DNA of 64,000 nucleotides from Burkholderiales bacterium (GTDB lineage: Bacteria > Pseudomonadota > Gammaproteobacteria > Burkholderiales > Eutrophovitaceae). Below the pieces are notes generated by a model, which made no database searches, was not told where the DNA came from, and worked only from the letters and a program-made list of their open reading frames with translations. Location: positions 7,939-71,938 of the forward strand of contig DATKYN010000141.1 of assembly GCA_035528435.1 (NCBI GenBank), read 5' to 3'. Positions 22,121 to 36,243 of the stretch are shown here, in pieces. Position numbers and translations under genes: made by a program. Every line of letters begins with the position of its first letter. Position 1 is the first letter of the stretch.

Positions 22121-23781
22121 TGGATAACGCACGAATCATTGCAGCAATCATATTTGCCGGTTCGGTTATTTTGCTGGCTGACGGCTGGTTCAAAGCCCAG
22201 AGGCCAGCGCCATCGGAGATTGCAGCGGTCGCACCGGCGGCGCCACTGAACGGTGGCGTGAACACGGTACCCGAAGTGACCCAACCTTCCAGTACCGCAA
22301 GCGGGATGCCGGTCGTGTCGGCGCGGGAAACGGCCACGCAATCGTCGAGAGTGGTGACAGTTCGCACTGATTTGTTCGAAGCCAGGATCAATACCCAAGG
22401 TGGTGTCTTGGAGGAGCTGAAACTGCTGGAGCACCGCAGTAAGGATGACCCGGACCTTACTTTGCAATTGTTCATGAAGACTGCGGACCGTACCTATGTG
22501 GCGCAGAGCGGATTGATTGGAGAGGGCCTTCCGAATCACGCGACCTTATTCGAGATTGACGGCGATCTTTTTGAATTGCGGTCAGGGGCGGAAAAGCTGG
22601 AACTGTCGTTGCGGGCGTCGGTACCGGGGAGCCACGAGGTCGTACAGCGCTATACCTTCCATCGTGGCAGTTACGTGATTGATGTCGATTACGAAATCGC
22701 GAACAAGGGCAATGCGCCGCTGTCGGCCCATGGGTACTTTCAGTTCTTGCGGGACGGTAATCCGGCTGCTGGCGATTCAAAAATGCAGCCGACTTACACC
22801 GGTGGAGCAATCTACACCGATGAATCCAAGTTCACAAAAGTTGATTTTGAGGACATGGACAAGGGTAAGGTCAAATATCCCAAGAAAACTGAAGATGGAT
22901 GGGCAGCGATCGTACAGCACTATTTTGTCGCAGCCTGGCTTCTGGAGCAGGGCCTGGAGCGTGAATACTTCACCAAAGCGCGTGATAACGGACTCTATGC
23001 TGTTGGCATAATCGTACCGGTGACAGCCATCGCACCGGGCGCGGCTGGCAGCATCAGCTCACGCCTTTACGCCGGCCCGCAGGACCAGGAAACGATATCG
23101 AAGCTGGCACCCGGACTTGAACTCACCGTGGATTATGGCTGGCTGACGGTGATCGCTGCTCCGCTTTTCTGGCTGCTCTCGGAAATCCATCAATGGGTCG
23201 GTAACTGGGGCGTCGCAATTATTCTTTTGACCGTCATCATCAAGCTGATCTTCTTTCCGCTGTCGGCAGCGAGTTACAAGTCGATGGCGAAAATGCGGGT
23301 GTTGGCGCCCAAGTTGCAGGCACTCAAGGAAACTTACGGTGACGACCGGCAGCGCATGCAGCAAGCGATGATGGAGATGTACAAGACGGAGAAGATCAAT
23401 CCGCTTGGGGGTTGCCTTCCTATTCTTGTTCAGATCCCGGTCTTTATTGCGTTGTATTGGGTGTTGCTGGCAAGCGTCGAGCTGCGCAACGCGCCCTTTA
23501 TATTGTGGATCAATGACCTCTCGGCAAAGGATCCTTATTACGTGTTACCGGTGTTGATGGGGCTTTCGATGATCGTGCAGTCGTGGCTTAGTCCTACGCC
23601 GCCGGATCCGGTGCAGGCGAAGATCATGAAGATCATGCCCGTCGTGTTCAGTGTTTTCTTCTTCTTCTTTCCAGCCGGGCTGGTGCTTTACTGGCTTGTA
23701 AACAATATTCTTTCCATTACCCAGCAATGGTACATAACGCGGGCGATCGAACGATCCAAACCCGCTAATGCAACCCGCTGA
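22120..23781 (+). CDS. yidC: Membrane protein insertase YidC
   Basis: 553 aa with a large periplasmic domain and the conserved C-terminal core (YGWLTVIAAPLFWLL, FFPLSAASYKSMAKM, NPLGGCLPILVQIPVFIALYW). Confidence 0.95.
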   Translation: MDNARIIAAIIFAGSVILLADGWFKAQRPAPSEIAAVAPAAPLNGGVNTVPEVTQPSSTASGMPVVSARETATQSSRVVTVRTDLFEARINTQGGVLEELKLLEHRSKDDPDLTLQLFMKTADRTYVAQSGLIGEGLPNHATLFEIDGDLFELRSGAEKLELSLRASVPGSHEVVQRYTFHRGSYVIDVDYEIANKGNAPLSAHGYFQFLRDGNPAAGDSKMQPTYTGGAIYTDESKFTKVDFEDMDKGKVKYPKKTEDGWAAIVQHYFVAAWLLEQGLEREYFTKARDNGLYAVGIIVPVTAIAPGAAGSISSRLYAGPQDQETISKLAPGLELTVDYGWLTVIAAPLFWLLSEIHQWVGNWGVAIILLTVIIKLIFFPLSAASYKSMAKMRVLAPKLQALKETYGDDRQRMQQAMMEMYKTEKINPLGGCLPILVQIPVFIALYWVLLASVELRNAPFILWINDLSAKDPYYVLPVLMGLSMIVQSWLSPTPPDPVQAKIMKIMPVVFSVFFFFFPAGLVLYWLVNNILSITQQWYITRAIERSKPANATR

Positions 23782-25108
23782 CACAATTGCGGCGGTTGCA
23801 ACTGCTTACGGCCGTGCCGGTATCGGAGTGGTCAGGGTTTCGGGACCCGGGACGCAATCGCTCGCCACGTCTCTGATAGGCAGAACACCGCCCGCGCGCC
23901 ACGCCACACTGAGTGAGTTTCGGGATGCTGATGGTCTGGCGATCGATCAGGGCATCGCGATTTTTTTCCCGGGGCCGCATTCCTATACCGGAGAGGATGT
24001 ATTCGAAATCCAGGGCCACGGCGGGGTTGCACTACTTCGCATGTTGTTGCGGCGCTGCGTTGAGCTGGGCGCGCGAGTTGCCGAACCGGGCGAGTTCACC
24101 AAACGGGCTTTCCTGAACGACAAGATGGATCTGGCGCAGGCGGAAAGCGTAGCTGATCTGATTGATGCCTCTTCCACAGACGCAGTTCGTAGCGCCCGGC
24201 GTTCGCTCGCAGGAGAGTTCTCGGCACGCGTCAATGCCATTCGTGAACAACTGATCGGGATCCGGTTGCTGGTGGAGGCGGTTCTTGATTTTCCCGAAGA
24301 GCAAGTTGATCTCATTGATCGTCACGATGTGCTCGGCCAACTGCAGGCAGTGCAGGGCGACATCACGACGTTGACTGACTCTGCAACGCAGGGGAATTTG
24401 TTGCGCGAAGGAGTCCGGGTAGTCCTGACCGGGGCCCCGAATGTTGGAAAATCCAGCCTGATGAACCGACTCGCCGAGGAGGAAGTGGCGATTGTTACCG
24501 AAGTGCCCGGCACAACCAGGGATGTCTTGCAGCGTGAGCTGGTGGTGTCGGGATTACCGATTCACGTCATCGATACAGCAGGATTGCGCGAAAGCGATGA
24601 TCCCGTTGAGCGCATCGGCGTGTCGCGGAGTCTGCAACAGCTTGAGCAGGCTGACGTGGTCCTGGAGATCCGGGATGCGTCGGTACCTTGCACGGACGAC
24701 GCGGGCAGCGATCTGGTGAGGCTGTCAGAAGGCGCTAGAAAAATTATTGTAATCAATAAGATAGATCTGATTAGCGAAACGCCAAAGGCAAGTCAGGAAG
24801 GCAGTGTGGACAAGGTATGGCTATCGGCGAAAACAGGGTCGGGGATCGACTTGCTGCGGCGGACCCTGTTACGCGTGAGTGGGCGGGATACTACGGACGA
24901 AGTGCCGTTTATGGCCAGAGAGCGACACATTCACTCGCTCAGGCAGACGTTGGCAAATGCTCAACGCGCTGAGACCGAAGTTGCGCGCCTTGAGCTGTGT
25001 GCCGAAGAGCTTCGTCTGGCACAGCAGGCACTGGGAAAGATTACCGGGGAGTTTTCTGCAGATGATCTGCTAGGGGAAATATTTTCCCGTTTCTGTATCG
25101 GTAAGTAA
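23768..25108 (+). CDS. mnmE: tRNA modification GTPase MnmE (TrmE)
   Basis: 446 aa with DTIAAVATAYGRAGIGVVRVSG, G-domain motifs GAPNVGKSSL and DTAGLR, and the C-terminal FCIGK. Confidence 0.95.
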   Translation: MQPADTIAAVATAYGRAGIGVVRVSGPGTQSLATSLIGRTPPARHATLSEFRDADGLAIDQGIAIFFPGPHSYTGEDVFEIQGHGGVALLRMLLRRCVELGARVAEPGEFTKRAFLNDKMDLAQAESVADLIDASSTDAVRSARRSLAGEFSARVNAIREQLIGIRLLVEAVLDFPEEQVDLIDRHDVLGQLQAVQGDITTLTDSATQGNLLREGVRVVLTGAPNVGKSSLMNRLAEEEVAIVTEVPGTTRDVLQRELVVSGLPIHVIDTAGLRESDDPVERIGVSRSLQQLEQADVVLEIRDASVPCTDDAGSDLVRLSEGARKIIVINKIDLISETPKASQEGSVDKVWLSAKTGSGIDLLRRTLLRVSGRDTTDEVPFMARERHIHSLRQTLANAQRAETEVARLELCAEELRLAQQALGKITGEFSADDLLGEIFSRFCIGK

Positions 25109-25241
25109 GGGCTGGCCGCACCACATTCCGGAGCCCGACATCAGATCAGGTTTCGTTCCTGTCAAGCGACCGGGTTGGTGAGTGGCTGCTTACTCAAAGG
25201 GTTCTTGACGTCGAGTCGGGTTAGGCAGGTAGATCGGGAGA

Positions 25242-25257
25242 TGTTCCACGTGAAACA
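25242..25257. promoter_or_regulatory. parS centromere site 1 (TGTTCCACGTGAAACA)
   Basis: This is an exact match to the classical 16-bp parS consensus TGTTNCACGTGAAACA. It lies in the mnmE-mnmG spacer about 2.7 kb upstream of parAB. Confidence 0.88.
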
Positions 25258-25298
25258 TCCGCGGCTAACAGGAGCCTGAGGGAAGCCAAACCAGCCCG

Positions 25299-25314
25299 TG
25301 TTTCACGTGAAACA
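25299..25314. promoter_or_regulatory. parS centromere site 2 (TGTTTCACGTGAAACA, a perfect palindrome)
   Basis: A perfect 16-bp palindromic parS lies 57 bp downstream of site 1. Both copies share the extension ...CACGTGAAACATCCGC. Confidence 0.88.
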
Positions 25315-25351
25315 TCCGCAGCGGGGAGTCTCTCGCGCCATTCTTTCCGGT

Positions 25352-27301
25352 ATGATTGCGCGCTCTCGAAAGGGCACTGTGTTTTTTCCAAAAGAGTTCG
25401 ACATTATCGTAATCGGTGGGGGTCATGCAGGCACCGAAGCCGCTCTGGCTGCTGCCCGAGCCGGTTGCAATACGCTGTTACTGACGCACAGCATCGAGAC
25501 ACTTGGTCAGATGTCTTGCAATCCCTCGATTGGCGGTATCGGCAAAGGGCACCTAGTCAAGGAAATCGACGCGCTTGGTGGTGCAATGGCCCAGGCGGCT
25601 GACGTGGCGGGGATTCAGTTCCGCACTTTGAACGCGAGCAAGGGACCAGCGGTCAGGGCAACGCGTGCTCAGGCCGATCGTGTGTTGTATCGACAGGCCA
25701 TACGATCCCGTCTGGAGAATCAGCCGAATCTCACCCTGTTCCAGCAGGCTGTTGATGATCTTCTGTTACAGGGTGATCGCGTCGTTGGCGTGGTAACCCA
25801 GATTGGCCTCCAATTCCGGGCACGCGCAGTGGTCTTGACGGCTGGCACCTTTTTGTCCGGGCGTATCCACGTTGGTCTGGAAAACTATCAGGCCGGCCGT
25901 GCCGGTGATCCCCCGTCTATCAGTCTTGCCCATCGGCTAAGGGAGCTGAAGTTACCGGTAGGGCGCCTGAAAACCGGAACCCCGCCGCGCCTGGACGGGC
26001 GCTCCATTGATTTCTCCATACTTGAGCAACAGCCTGGTGATCAGCCAGCTCCCGTGTTTTCGTATCTGGGCAAGACGGAACAACACCCTCGGCAGATATC
26101 CTGCTGGATTACCCATACCAACGAGCACACTCACGAGTCTATTCGTGCCGGACTAGATCGCTCGCCTATGTACTCTGGTGTGATCGAAGGGGTTGGGCCA
26201 CGCTATTGTCCGTCGATAGAAGACAAGGTGACACGGTTTGCGCACCGGTCCTCTCACCAGATTTTCCTTGAACCCGAGGGCCTGAATACACACGAGGTAT
26301 ACCCGAATGGAATTTCAACCAGCCTTCCTTTTGATGTCCAGCTCGAAATCGTGCATTCAATCAGAGGCTTGGAAAAGGCCCACATTCTCCGCCCGGGTTA
26401 TGCCATTGAATACGATTACTTCGATCCGCGGTCACTGAAGTCGTCGTTGGAGTCCAAATCCATCGGCAGTTTGTTTTTTGCGGGCCAGATCAATGGGACG
26501 ACCGGATATGAGGAAGCGGCGGCACAAGGACTATTGGCGGGCATAAACGCCGCCTTGCAAGTGCAGGGAAAGCCGGCCTGGTGCCCACGTCGGGACGAAG
26601 CCTACCTGGGTGTATTGGTTGATGATCTGGTCACACGTGGTGTTACCGAGCCCTACAGGATGTTTACCAGTCGGGCGGAATATCGGCTCAGTTTGCGCGA
26701 AGACAATGCTGACTTTCGCCTGACCGAAACCGGTCGGCGGCTCGGACTGGTGGACGAGCAACGCTGGGCGGTATTCCAGCGCAAACGGGATGCCGTCAAC
26801 GCGGAGCTGGAACGTCTCGAGAAATTGGTGATTGACCCGCGTCATGTCGGGCAGCAGGCTGTTACGGAAGCCATAGGTCAAACACTTGAACGCGAATATC
26901 CGGCATTGCAACTGTTGCGCCGACCCGAGGTTGACTACCGAAGCTTGATGAAACTGGCTGTAGCCGGGCCTGGTGTGGAAGATGATCAGGTCGCCGAACA
27001 GGTTGAAATTCAGACCAAATACAAAGGCTACATTGACCGGCAGCGTGAAGAGTGCGCCCGCCTTGAACAGGTCGAAACCGTTGGTATTCCGATCGATCTC
27101 GATTACACGCAAGTGCGTGGCCTGTCGTCAGAAGTACGTCAGAAACTGGCTGAGCAAAGGCCGCAAACGCTTGGTCAGGCGGGGCGGATTTCCGGCATTA
27201 CTCCAGCGGCCATTTCCCTGATGATGGTCCACCTGAAACGATTGAATGTTTTGCGAGAGCCGCCAGTGGATCGACTTCGGTCACAAGGGAGGCGCGCATG
27301 A
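25352..27301 (+). CDS. mnmG: tRNA uridine 5-carboxymethylaminomethyl modification enzyme MnmG (GidA)
   Basis: It shows the FAD motif [16 protein letters not shown] and the typical GidA core and C-terminus. I chose the start at 25352 (MIARSRKG..). The longest ORF start at 25298 lies inside parS site 2 and is probably not used. Confidence 0.93.
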   Translation: MIARSRKGTVFFPKEFDIIVIGGGHAGTEAALAAARAGCNTLLLTHSIETLGQMSCNPSIGGIGKGHLVKEIDALGGAMAQAADVAGIQFRTLNASKGPAVRATRAQADRVLYRQAIRSRLENQPNLTLFQQAVDDLLLQGDRVVGVVTQIGLQFRARAVVLTAGTFLSGRIHVGLENYQAGRAGDPPSISLAHRLRELKLPVGRLKTGTPPRLDGRSIDFSILEQQPGDQPAPVFSYLGKTEQHPRQISCWITHTNEHTHESIRAGLDRSPMYSGVIEGVGPRYCPSIEDKVTRFAHRSSHQIFLEPEGLNTHEVYPNGISTSLPFDVQLEIVHSIRGLEKAHILRPGYAIEYDYFDPRSLKSSLESKSIGSLFFAGQINGTTGYEEAAAQGLLAGINAALQVQGKPAWCPRRDEAYLGVLVDDLVTRGVTEPYRMFTSRAEYRLSLREDNADFRLTETGRRLGLVDEQRWAVFQRKRDAVNAELERLEKLVIDPRHVGQQAVTEAIGQTLEREYPALQLLRRPEVDYRSLMKLAVAGPGVEDDQVAEQVEIQTKYKGYIDRQREECARLEQVETVGIPIDLDYTQVRGLSSEVRQKLAEQRPQTLGQAGRISGITPAAISLMMVHLKRLNVLREPPVDRLRSQGRRA

Positions 27302-27930
27302 GACAGTGGGGCCTCGCCGAGCACGCAGCATCCATGGGTTTACAACTATCATCCCAGGCCGTTGGTCAGCTGACATCATTGTTACAGCTTCTGGCGAAGT
27401 GGAACCGCGTCTATAACCTCACGTCATTATCCGCTGAAGAAAAGTGGGTGAGTCATCACTTACTGGATTCCTTAAGTATAGTAAGCTTGATCCCAGATGG
27501 TCGCTTGATTGACGTGGGATCCGGCGGTGGCTTTCCAGGTCTCCCTGTCGCAATTGCCAACCCTGATCGCGACATCGTATTGCTGGACAGCAACCACAAA
27601 AAGACGGCGTTTCTTCGCCAGGCAGCCGCTGAGCTGGGGCTCGCAAAGGTGTCAGTGGAAACAGCCCGGTCGGAGTCTTTCAGGCCGGATAGCGGCTTTG
27701 ATGTGGTCGTCTCGCGAGCCTTTTCGGATCTGAAGTCCTTCCTTGACCTGGCCGGACATCTTTGCCGAGACAACGGGACGCTGCTTGCAATGAAAGGCGT
27801 TTACCCCGCTGACGAAATCGCTGAACTTCCGGCTGGTGTCGTACGCAACACAGTCCGGCTCGAAGTGCCGATGATCGACGCGCAGCGGCACGCTGTATTC
27901 CTCAATCCGCCGGCGTCGCGGGAAGGTTAG
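27298..27930 (+). CDS. rsmG: 16S rRNA (guanine527-N7)-methyltransferase RsmG (GidB)
   Basis: 210 aa with WNRVYNLTS and the SAM motif [15 protein letters not shown]. Its start makes an ATGA overlap with mnmG. Confidence 0.9.
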   Translation: MRQWGLAEHAASMGLQLSSQAVGQLTSLLQLLAKWNRVYNLTSLSAEEKWVSHHLLDSLSIVSLIPDGRLIDVGSGGGFPGLPVAIANPDRDIVLLDSNHKKTAFLRQAAAELGLAKVSVETARSESFRPDSGFDVVVSRAFSDLKSFLDLAGHLCRDNGTLLAMKGVYPADEIAELPAGVVRNTVRLEVPMIDAQRHAVFLNPPASREG

Positions 27931-27933
27931 CCA

Positions 27934-28707
27934 ATGGCGCGCATCCTGGCTGTCGCGAATCAGAAAGGCGGCGTCGGCAAGACGACGACAACCATCAATC
28001 TGGCAGCCGGGCTGTCGCAAGCCGGTAAGCGAGTGCTACTGATCGATCTCGATCCTCAGGGTAATGCGACCATGGGAAGTGGGATCGACAAGCGCGCCTC
28101 ACATGCCACGGTTTACGAGGTAGTTCTTGGTGAGAGTGATATTCGCAGTGCGCGGATTCACTGCGAAAACGGCGGATTCGATCTGGTGCCCGCCAATCAG
28201 GAACTCGCTGGCGCGGAGATAGAGCTGGTCGGTCTCGATCAGCGTGAAACCAGGCTGAAGACAGCGCTTGCCGATGTCGATTCCGAATACGACTATATTC
28301 TGATCGATTGTCCGCCGGCTCTGAATCTGTTGACGGTGAACGGCCTGACAGCGGCACAAGCCGTGATGATACCGATGCAATGCGAGTACTACGCACTCGA
28401 GGGGCTCAGTGACCTGGTCCAGACCATCAAGAAAGTACGCAATCATCTCAATCCAACGCTTGAGATCGAAGGTCTCCTGCGGACCATGTACGACCCGCGC
28501 AACACGCTTTCGCAACAAGTCTCGGATCAGTTGAAGAAGCATTTCGGCGACAAGGTGTACCGGACCATAATTCCGCGCAATGTACGGCTCGCCGAGGCGC
28601 CGAGTCACGGTATTCCGGCGATTCACTTCGACAAGCAGTCAAAGGGCGCAATAGCCTATCTGTCGCTCGCGGACGAAGTTCTGGCGCAACCGCGTCCGAC
28701 CCATTAA
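27934..28707 (+). CDS. parA: Chromosome partitioning ATPase ParA (Soj)
   Basis: 257 aa with the deviant Walker A NQKGGVGKTTT, then DLDPQGNAT and IDCPPAL. Confidence 0.93.
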   Translation: MARILAVANQKGGVGKTTTTINLAAGLSQAGKRVLLIDLDPQGNATMGSGIDKRASHATVYEVVLGESDIRSARIHCENGGFDLVPANQELAGAEIELVGLDQRETRLKTALADVDSEYDYILIDCPPALNLLTVNGLTAAQAVMIPMQCEYYALEGLSDLVQTIKKVRNHLNPTLEIEGLLRTMYDPRNTLSQQVSDQLKKHFGDKVYRTIIPRNVRLAEAPSHGIPAIHFDKQSKGAIAYLSLADEVLAQPRPTH

Positions 28708-28718
28708 GGACACAGCTG

Positions 28719-29570
28719 ATGGCGAAACTCAAAGGACTTGGACGCGGGCTGGATGCGTTGCTCGCTGCCGATGAATCAGATACAGAATCGACTGGCGGCG
28801 AGCTTCGAACGATTCCAACTGCGCGGCTGCGGCCTGGCCGCTATCAGCCGCGCAGTCGAATGGACGAAGCGTCGATAGCGGAACTCGCGGAATCGATCCG
28901 GTCACAGGGGGTTTTACAGCCGATCCTGGTGCGCTCGGTCAACGAGGGCTACGAAATCATCGCTGGTGAACGGCGTTGGCGAGCGGCGCAGTCTGCGGGG
29001 CTCAAGGAAGTGCCGGTAGTCGTGCGTGAAGTTGATGACAACGCGGCACTGGCGATGGCGCTGATAGAGAATATCCAGCGGGAAAACCTAAATCCGCTGG
29101 AAGAAGCGGTCGGCATTCAGCGCCTGATCGACGAGTTCGCGATGACTCATGAAACGGCGGGACAGGCTGTTGGGCGATCGCGTAGCGCTGTTAGCAATCT
29201 GCTGCGCCTGTTGTCATTGCAGCAGCCGGTTCAGGCCTTGTTGATGGACGGCAATATCGATATGGGTCACGCGCGGGCACTGCTGGCGGCACCAGCGTCG
29301 CGGCAGATCGAGCTCGCACAGCGCATCGTCGCTTTGGGGCTGTCGGTACGTGAAACCGAGCAGCTGGTGACGCAAAAAGTGCCTGCCGTGAAACGACCAT
29401 CGAAAGCGGCGAGCAAGGACCGCGACATCGCGGCGCTCGAAGAATCGCTGTCCGAGCGGCTCGGAGCGGCGGTGTCAATTCGGCATCGCAAAAGCGGCAG
29501 CGGAATATTGTCGATTGATTACACCGACCTTGACCAGCTGGACACGATTCTGGCGCGCCTCAGAGCTTGA
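28719..29570 (+). CDS. parB: Chromosome partitioning protein ParB (Spo0J)
   Basis: 283 aa with the ParB box QPILVR....[25 protein letters not shown] and an HTH ([20 protein letters not shown]). Confidence 0.93.
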   Translation: MAKLKGLGRGLDALLAADESDTESTGGELRTIPTARLRPGRYQPRSRMDEASIAELAESIRSQGVLQPILVRSVNEGYEIIAGERRWRAAQSAGLKEVPVVVREVDDNAALAMALIENIQRENLNPLEEAVGIQRLIDEFAMTHETAGQAVGRSRSAVSNLLRLLSLQQPVQALLMDGNIDMGHARALLAAPASRQIELAQRIVALGLSVRETEQLVTQKVPAVKRPSKAASKDRDIAALEESLSERLGAAVSIRHRKSGSGILSIDYTDLDQLDTILARLRA

Positions 29571-29600
29571 CGGCCGGGCCCCCGGATGTGGTCAGACGCG

Positions 29601-29629
29601 TTGACAGTATTGCGATAAGCCAATAACAT
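29601..29629 (+). promoter_or_regulatory. Putative sigma70 promoter of the atp operon
   Basis: TTGACA (29601-29606), a 17-nt spacer, then TAACAT (29624-29629), between parB and atpI. Confidence 0.35.
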
Positions 29630-29667
29630 CTCGGCCTTTTTGTGGTTATGCTGCAGCCGCACAAGGA

Positions 29668-30859
<1,192 letters not shown>

Positions 30860-30896
30860 TTTTTTTCACGTTAACGATCACAACTACTGTACTTAG

Positions 30897-31169
<273 letters not shown>

Positions 31170-31203
31170 AAACGAATCCGTTTCATAAGCGCGGGAGGCT
31201 AGC

Positions 31204-31677
31204 GTGAATATCAACGCAACACTATTTGGCCAGGCGCTGTGGTTTGGTGTCTTCATCTGGTTGACGATGAAGTACATCTGGCCGCCGCTACAAAAAGCGA
31301 TGAAGGATCGGGAAAAGCAGATCGCGGAAGGTCTGGCGGCTTCCGAAAAAGGCAAGCAGGAGCTGGAGCAGGCCGCCCAGCGCGTCACAGAGGAATTACA
31401 CAAGGCGCGCGATCAGGCAAGTGAAATTCTGGCTCAGGCGGAAAAGCGTGGCGGCGAACTGGTCGAGGAAGCTAAGGCCAATGCCAGAGCCGAAGGCGAG
31501 CGTATTGTCACGGCCGCAAAAGCGGAGATCGAACAGGAAGTCAATCGTGCCAGAGAGCAGCTCAGGGCGCAGGTCTCGGTTCTTGCTGTGACCGGCGCAG
31601 AGAAAATTCTCAAGCGGGAAATTGACGCACAGGCACACGCCCAGCTGTTGCAGGGCCTGGAAACCGAGCTCAGGTAG
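31204..31677 (+). CDS. atpF: F0F1 ATP synthase subunit b
   Basis: 157 aa with an N-terminal TM segment ([26 protein letters not shown]) and a long charged coiled coil. The start codon is GTG. Confidence 0.9.
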   Translation: MNINATLFGQALWFGVFIWLTMKYIWPPLQKAMKDREKQIAEGLAASEKGKQELEQAAQRVTEELHKARDQASEILAQAEKRGGELVEEAKANARAEGERIVTAAKAEIEQEVNRAREQLRAQVSVLAVTGAEKILKREIDAQAHAQLLQGLETELR

Positions 31678-31683
31678 AACCCG

Positions 31684-32220
31684 ATGGCCGAACTCGCAAC
31701 TATTGCCAGGCCGTATGCAGAGGCAGCTTTCGCGCTTGCCAAACAACGCGGCGAACTCGACTCTTGGTCCGGGATGCTTGCGCTGCTCGTCAACGTTTAC
31801 CAGGACACGCAGTTCCAGGCGGCGATCGCCGGACCCACGGTCACTGGTGGCGACGTCGAGAACCTGATGCTTACGATCTGTGGCGAAAATATTGACGCGC
31901 AGGCGCGCAATCTTGTCCAGCTGCTCATGCGAAATGGGCGTTTGTCCGTACTTGCGGAAATCCAGACGCTTTATGAACACCTCAAGTCGGATGACGAGGG
32001 CGTGATTGAAGCAAGCATCGCCTCTGCTTACCCGCTGCAAGACCAGCAACTTGAGCAAATCGTCAACATTCTGGCGAAGCGTTTCAACAAGAAAATAAGC
32101 CCGACTGTCGGTGTGGATTCTGAATTGATTGGTGGAATCAAGGTACAGGTCGGCGACAAGGTTTGGGATGCCTCGGTGCGTGGCCGGTTACAGGAAATGG
32201 CCACCACCCTTACGAAATAG
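31684..32220 (+). CDS. atpH: F0F1 ATP synthase subunit delta
   Basis: 178 aa. It starts ATIARPYAEAAFALA, and its position between atpF and atpA fits. Confidence 0.9.
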   Translation: MAELATIARPYAEAAFALAKQRGELDSWSGMLALLVNVYQDTQFQAAIAGPTVTGGDVENLMLTICGENIDAQARNLVQLLMRNGRLSVLAEIQTLYEHLKSDDEGVIEASIASAYPLQDQQLEQIVNILAKRFNKKISPTVGVDSELIGGIKVQVGDKVWDASVRGRLQEMATTLTK

Positions 32221-32232
32221 GAGCATTGATCT

Positions 32233-33780
32233 ATGCAGTTGAACCCATCCGAGATCAGCGAGCTGATCAAGACCAAGATCGAAAGTCTTGCCCCTGTGTC
32301 CGAAGCACGTACCCAGGGCACCGTAGTATCAGTCACCGATGGTATCTGTCGAATCCACGGACTGTCAGACGTGATGCAGGGCGAAATGCTCGAATTCCCT
32401 GGCAACACCTTTGGCCTTGCGCTGAACCTCGAGCGAGACTCCGTCGGCTCAGTGGTGCTGGGCGATTACACCCACATCACCGAAGGTGACATCGTCAAGT
32501 GTACGGGCCGGATTCTGGCCGTACCTGTCGGGCCCGAACTGATTGGTCGTGTCGTTGACGCGCTTGGTCAGCCGATTGATGGCAAGGGCCCGATCAATGC
32601 AAAAGAGACCGACGTTATTGAGAAAGTCGCGCCGGGTGTCATCTGGCGTCAGTCGGTGTCTCAACCGGTTCAGACCGGTCTGAAATCAATTGACGCAATG
32701 GTGCCGGTTGGTCGTGGCCAGCGGGAACTGATCATTGGCGACCGCCAGACGGGGAAGACGGCCGTAGCGGTCGACACCATCATTAACCAGAAGGGCAAGG
32801 ACCTGTTCTGTGTCTATGTCGCCATTGGTCAGAAGGCATCAACCGTGGCGAATGTGGTGCGCAAACTCGAAGAATACGGTGCGATGGATTACACCATTGT
32901 CGTTGCTGCAACGGCATCCGAGTCAGCGGCGATGCAATATATTGCTGCCTATTCTGGTTGCACCATGGGAGAGTACTTCCGCGATCGGGGCGAGGACGCC
33001 CTCATCATCTATGATGATTTGACCAAACAAGCTTGGGCTTATCGCCAGATCTCGCTGCTGCTGCGTCGGCCTCCGGGTCGAGAGGCCTACCCGGGGGACG
33101 TGTTTTATCTGCATTCGCGTCTGCTTGAGCGGGCAGCCCGTGTTTCGCCGGCCTGGGTCGAGAAGCACACCAACGGCGCAGTCAAAGGCAAGACAGGCTC
33201 ACTGACGGCGTTGCCGATCATTGAAACCCAGGCAGGTGACGTGTCTGCCTTCGTTCCGACCAATGTCATTTCGATTACCGATGGACAGATCTTCCTGGAG
33301 ACAGATTTGTTTAATGCTGGTATTCGACCTGCGATTAACGCGGGTGTGTCGGTGTCCCGGGTCGGTGGCGCAGCCCAGACCAAAATCATGAAACGCAAGG
33401 ACACAGGCGGCGGTGTTCGTCTGGCACTGGCGCAGTATCGTGAACTCGCTGCATTTGCACAGTTCGCGTCCGACCTCGACGAAGCCACTCGCAAGCAGCT
33501 CGAGCGTGGCCGGATGGTCACCGAGTTGATGAAGCAGCCGCAATACCAGCCGTTGGAAGTCTGGGAGATGGCTATCACGCTTTTCGCAGTTAACAATGAC
33601 GTGTTCGATGACATTGAAGTGAACAAGGCGCTGGCGGCGGAAAAATCAATGCGTGACTATGTCAAGAGCAAGTACGCAGACCTGATCAAGCGCATCGACG
33701 AAGAGCAGAATCTCAGCAAGGACGACGAGAAAGCGCTCAAGGAAGCGATTACCGACTGGAAGGCGAACGGTAGCTATTAA
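32233..33780 (+). CDS. atpA: F0F1 ATP synthase subunit alpha
   Basis: 515 aa with the Walker [10 protein letters not shown] and the typical alpha-subunit motifs. Confidence 0.97.
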   Translation: MQLNPSEISELIKTKIESLAPVSEARTQGTVVSVTDGICRIHGLSDVMQGEMLEFPGNTFGLALNLERDSVGSVVLGDYTHITEGDIVKCTGRILAVPVGPELIGRVVDALGQPIDGKGPINAKETDVIEKVAPGVIWRQSVSQPVQTGLKSIDAMVPVGRGQRELIIGDRQTGKTAVAVDTIINQKGKDLFCVYVAIGQKASTVANVVRKLEEYGAMDYTIVVAATASESAAMQYIAAYSGCTMGEYFRDRGEDALIIYDDLTKQAWAYRQISLLLRRPPGREAYPGDVFYLHSRLLERAARVSPAWVEKHTNGAVKGKTGSLTALPIIETQAGDVSAFVPTNVISITDGQIFLETDLFNAGIRPAINAGVSVSRVGGAAQTKIMKRKDTGGGVRLALAQYRELAAFAQFASDLDEATRKQLERGRMVTELMKQPQYQPLEVWEMAITLFAVNNDVFDDIEVNKALAAEKSMRDYVKSKYADLIKRIDEEQNLSKDDEKALKEAITDWKANGSY

Positions 33781-33832
33781 TTGTCCCCGATACGATTGAC
33801 CATTCGGCGAAACCGAGGTCTAGAGGCGAACA

Positions 33833-34696
33833 ATGCCAGGCACTAAGGAAATACGAACCAAGATCAAGAGTGTTCAGAACACTCGCAAGATCACCAAGGC
33901 AATGGAGATGGTTGCCGCGTCGAAGATGCGAAAGGCGCAGGAACGCATGCGTGCGGCCCGGCCATACGCCGAGAAAATCCGCAACGTGGCAGCGCATATT
34001 TCACATGCCAATCCGGAGTATCGCCATCCGTTCCTGGTGGAACGTGACACCGTACAACGTGTGGGCATGATTATCGTGACCACGGATAAAGGCCTGTGCG
34101 GCGGACTTAATACCAACGTATTGCGTATGGCGTTGGGACAGTACAAGCAGTGGCAGGAAGAAGGCGAAGAAGTCGATGTTTGTTGCATCGGTGGCAAAGG
34201 CCTTGGTTTCATGCAACGTCTTGGCGCCAATATTATCTCCGAGGTGAGTGGACTGGGCGACCGGCCGCGTCTCGAACAGATCATCGGCGCGCTCAAAATC
34301 ATGCTCGACGGATATATGTCGGATCGATTCGATCGCGTAGTGTTGTTTTATACAAAGTTTGTCAACACCATGAAACAGGAACCAATGATGGAACAATTGC
34401 TGCCCATCAGCGGCGATCGTCTCGCCGCACCCGAGGGTTCCTGGGATTACATTTACGAGCCCGAGGCCAAGAGCGTGCTTGAGCAGGTCTTGACCCGCTA
34501 TATCGAGGCGGTAATTTTCCAGTCGGTTGCCGAAAACATGTCTTCTGAGCAATCAGCCCGCATGGTGGCAATGAAATCGGCTTCCGACAACGCGGGGACC
34601 CTGATTGATGAACTGACCCTGATTTACAACAAGTCGCGTCAGGCCTCCATTACCAAAGAGCTGGCTGAAATCGTCGGCGGCGCAGCCGCAGTCTGA
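33833..34696 (+). CDS. atpG: F0F1 ATP synthase subunit gamma
   Basis: 287 aa with [26 protein letters not shown] and the C-terminal [14 protein letters not shown]. Confidence 0.95.
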   Translation: MPGTKEIRTKIKSVQNTRKITKAMEMVAASKMRKAQERMRAARPYAEKIRNVAAHISHANPEYRHPFLVERDTVQRVGMIIVTTDKGLCGGLNTNVLRMALGQYKQWQEEGEEVDVCCIGGKGLGFMQRLGANIISEVSGLGDRPRLEQIIGALKIMLDGYMSDRFDRVVLFYTKFVNTMKQEPMMEQLLPISGDRLAAPEGSWDYIYEPEAKSVLEQVLTRYIEAVIFQSVAENMSSEQSARMVAMKSASDNAGTLIDELTLIYNKSRQASITKELAEIVGGAAAV

Positions 34697-34733
34697 TCCG
34701 CCTTGATTGAATACACAGACACCAAATAACTGA

Positions 34734-36188
<1,455 letters not shown>

Positions 36189-36243
36189 CGTACGGCAGAG
36201 GCGGGACCGGTAACCAGATGAAAGCGCATTTTTCGAGGGACTG

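Noticed and set aside
23101-23120. TGGCAC-N5-CTTGA, a sigma54-promoter-like string.
   Set aside because: It lies inside the yidC coding sequence, the -12 element does not match TTGC, and no downstream gene start follows.
25109-25351. Possible oriC upstream of mnmG (gidA), by analogy with E. coli.
   Set aside because: Apart from the two parS sites I found no DnaA-box-like 9-mers. There is no AT-rich unwinding tract and there are only two GATC sites. The region is GC-rich.
25298-25351. An N-terminal extension of mnmG ([18 protein letters not shown]...) from the longest ORF.
   Set aside because: The first codons are the parS palindrome itself. MnmG orthologues normally start a few residues before the FAD motif (FDxIVxGGGHAG), so the ATG at 25352 (or even later) is more plausible.
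29343-29358. A parS-like sequence TCGGTACGTGAAACCG inside parB.
   Set aside because: Only the right half-site (ACGTGAAAC) matches. The left arm is not complementary (about 10/16 matches to consensus), so it is unlikely to be a functional parS.
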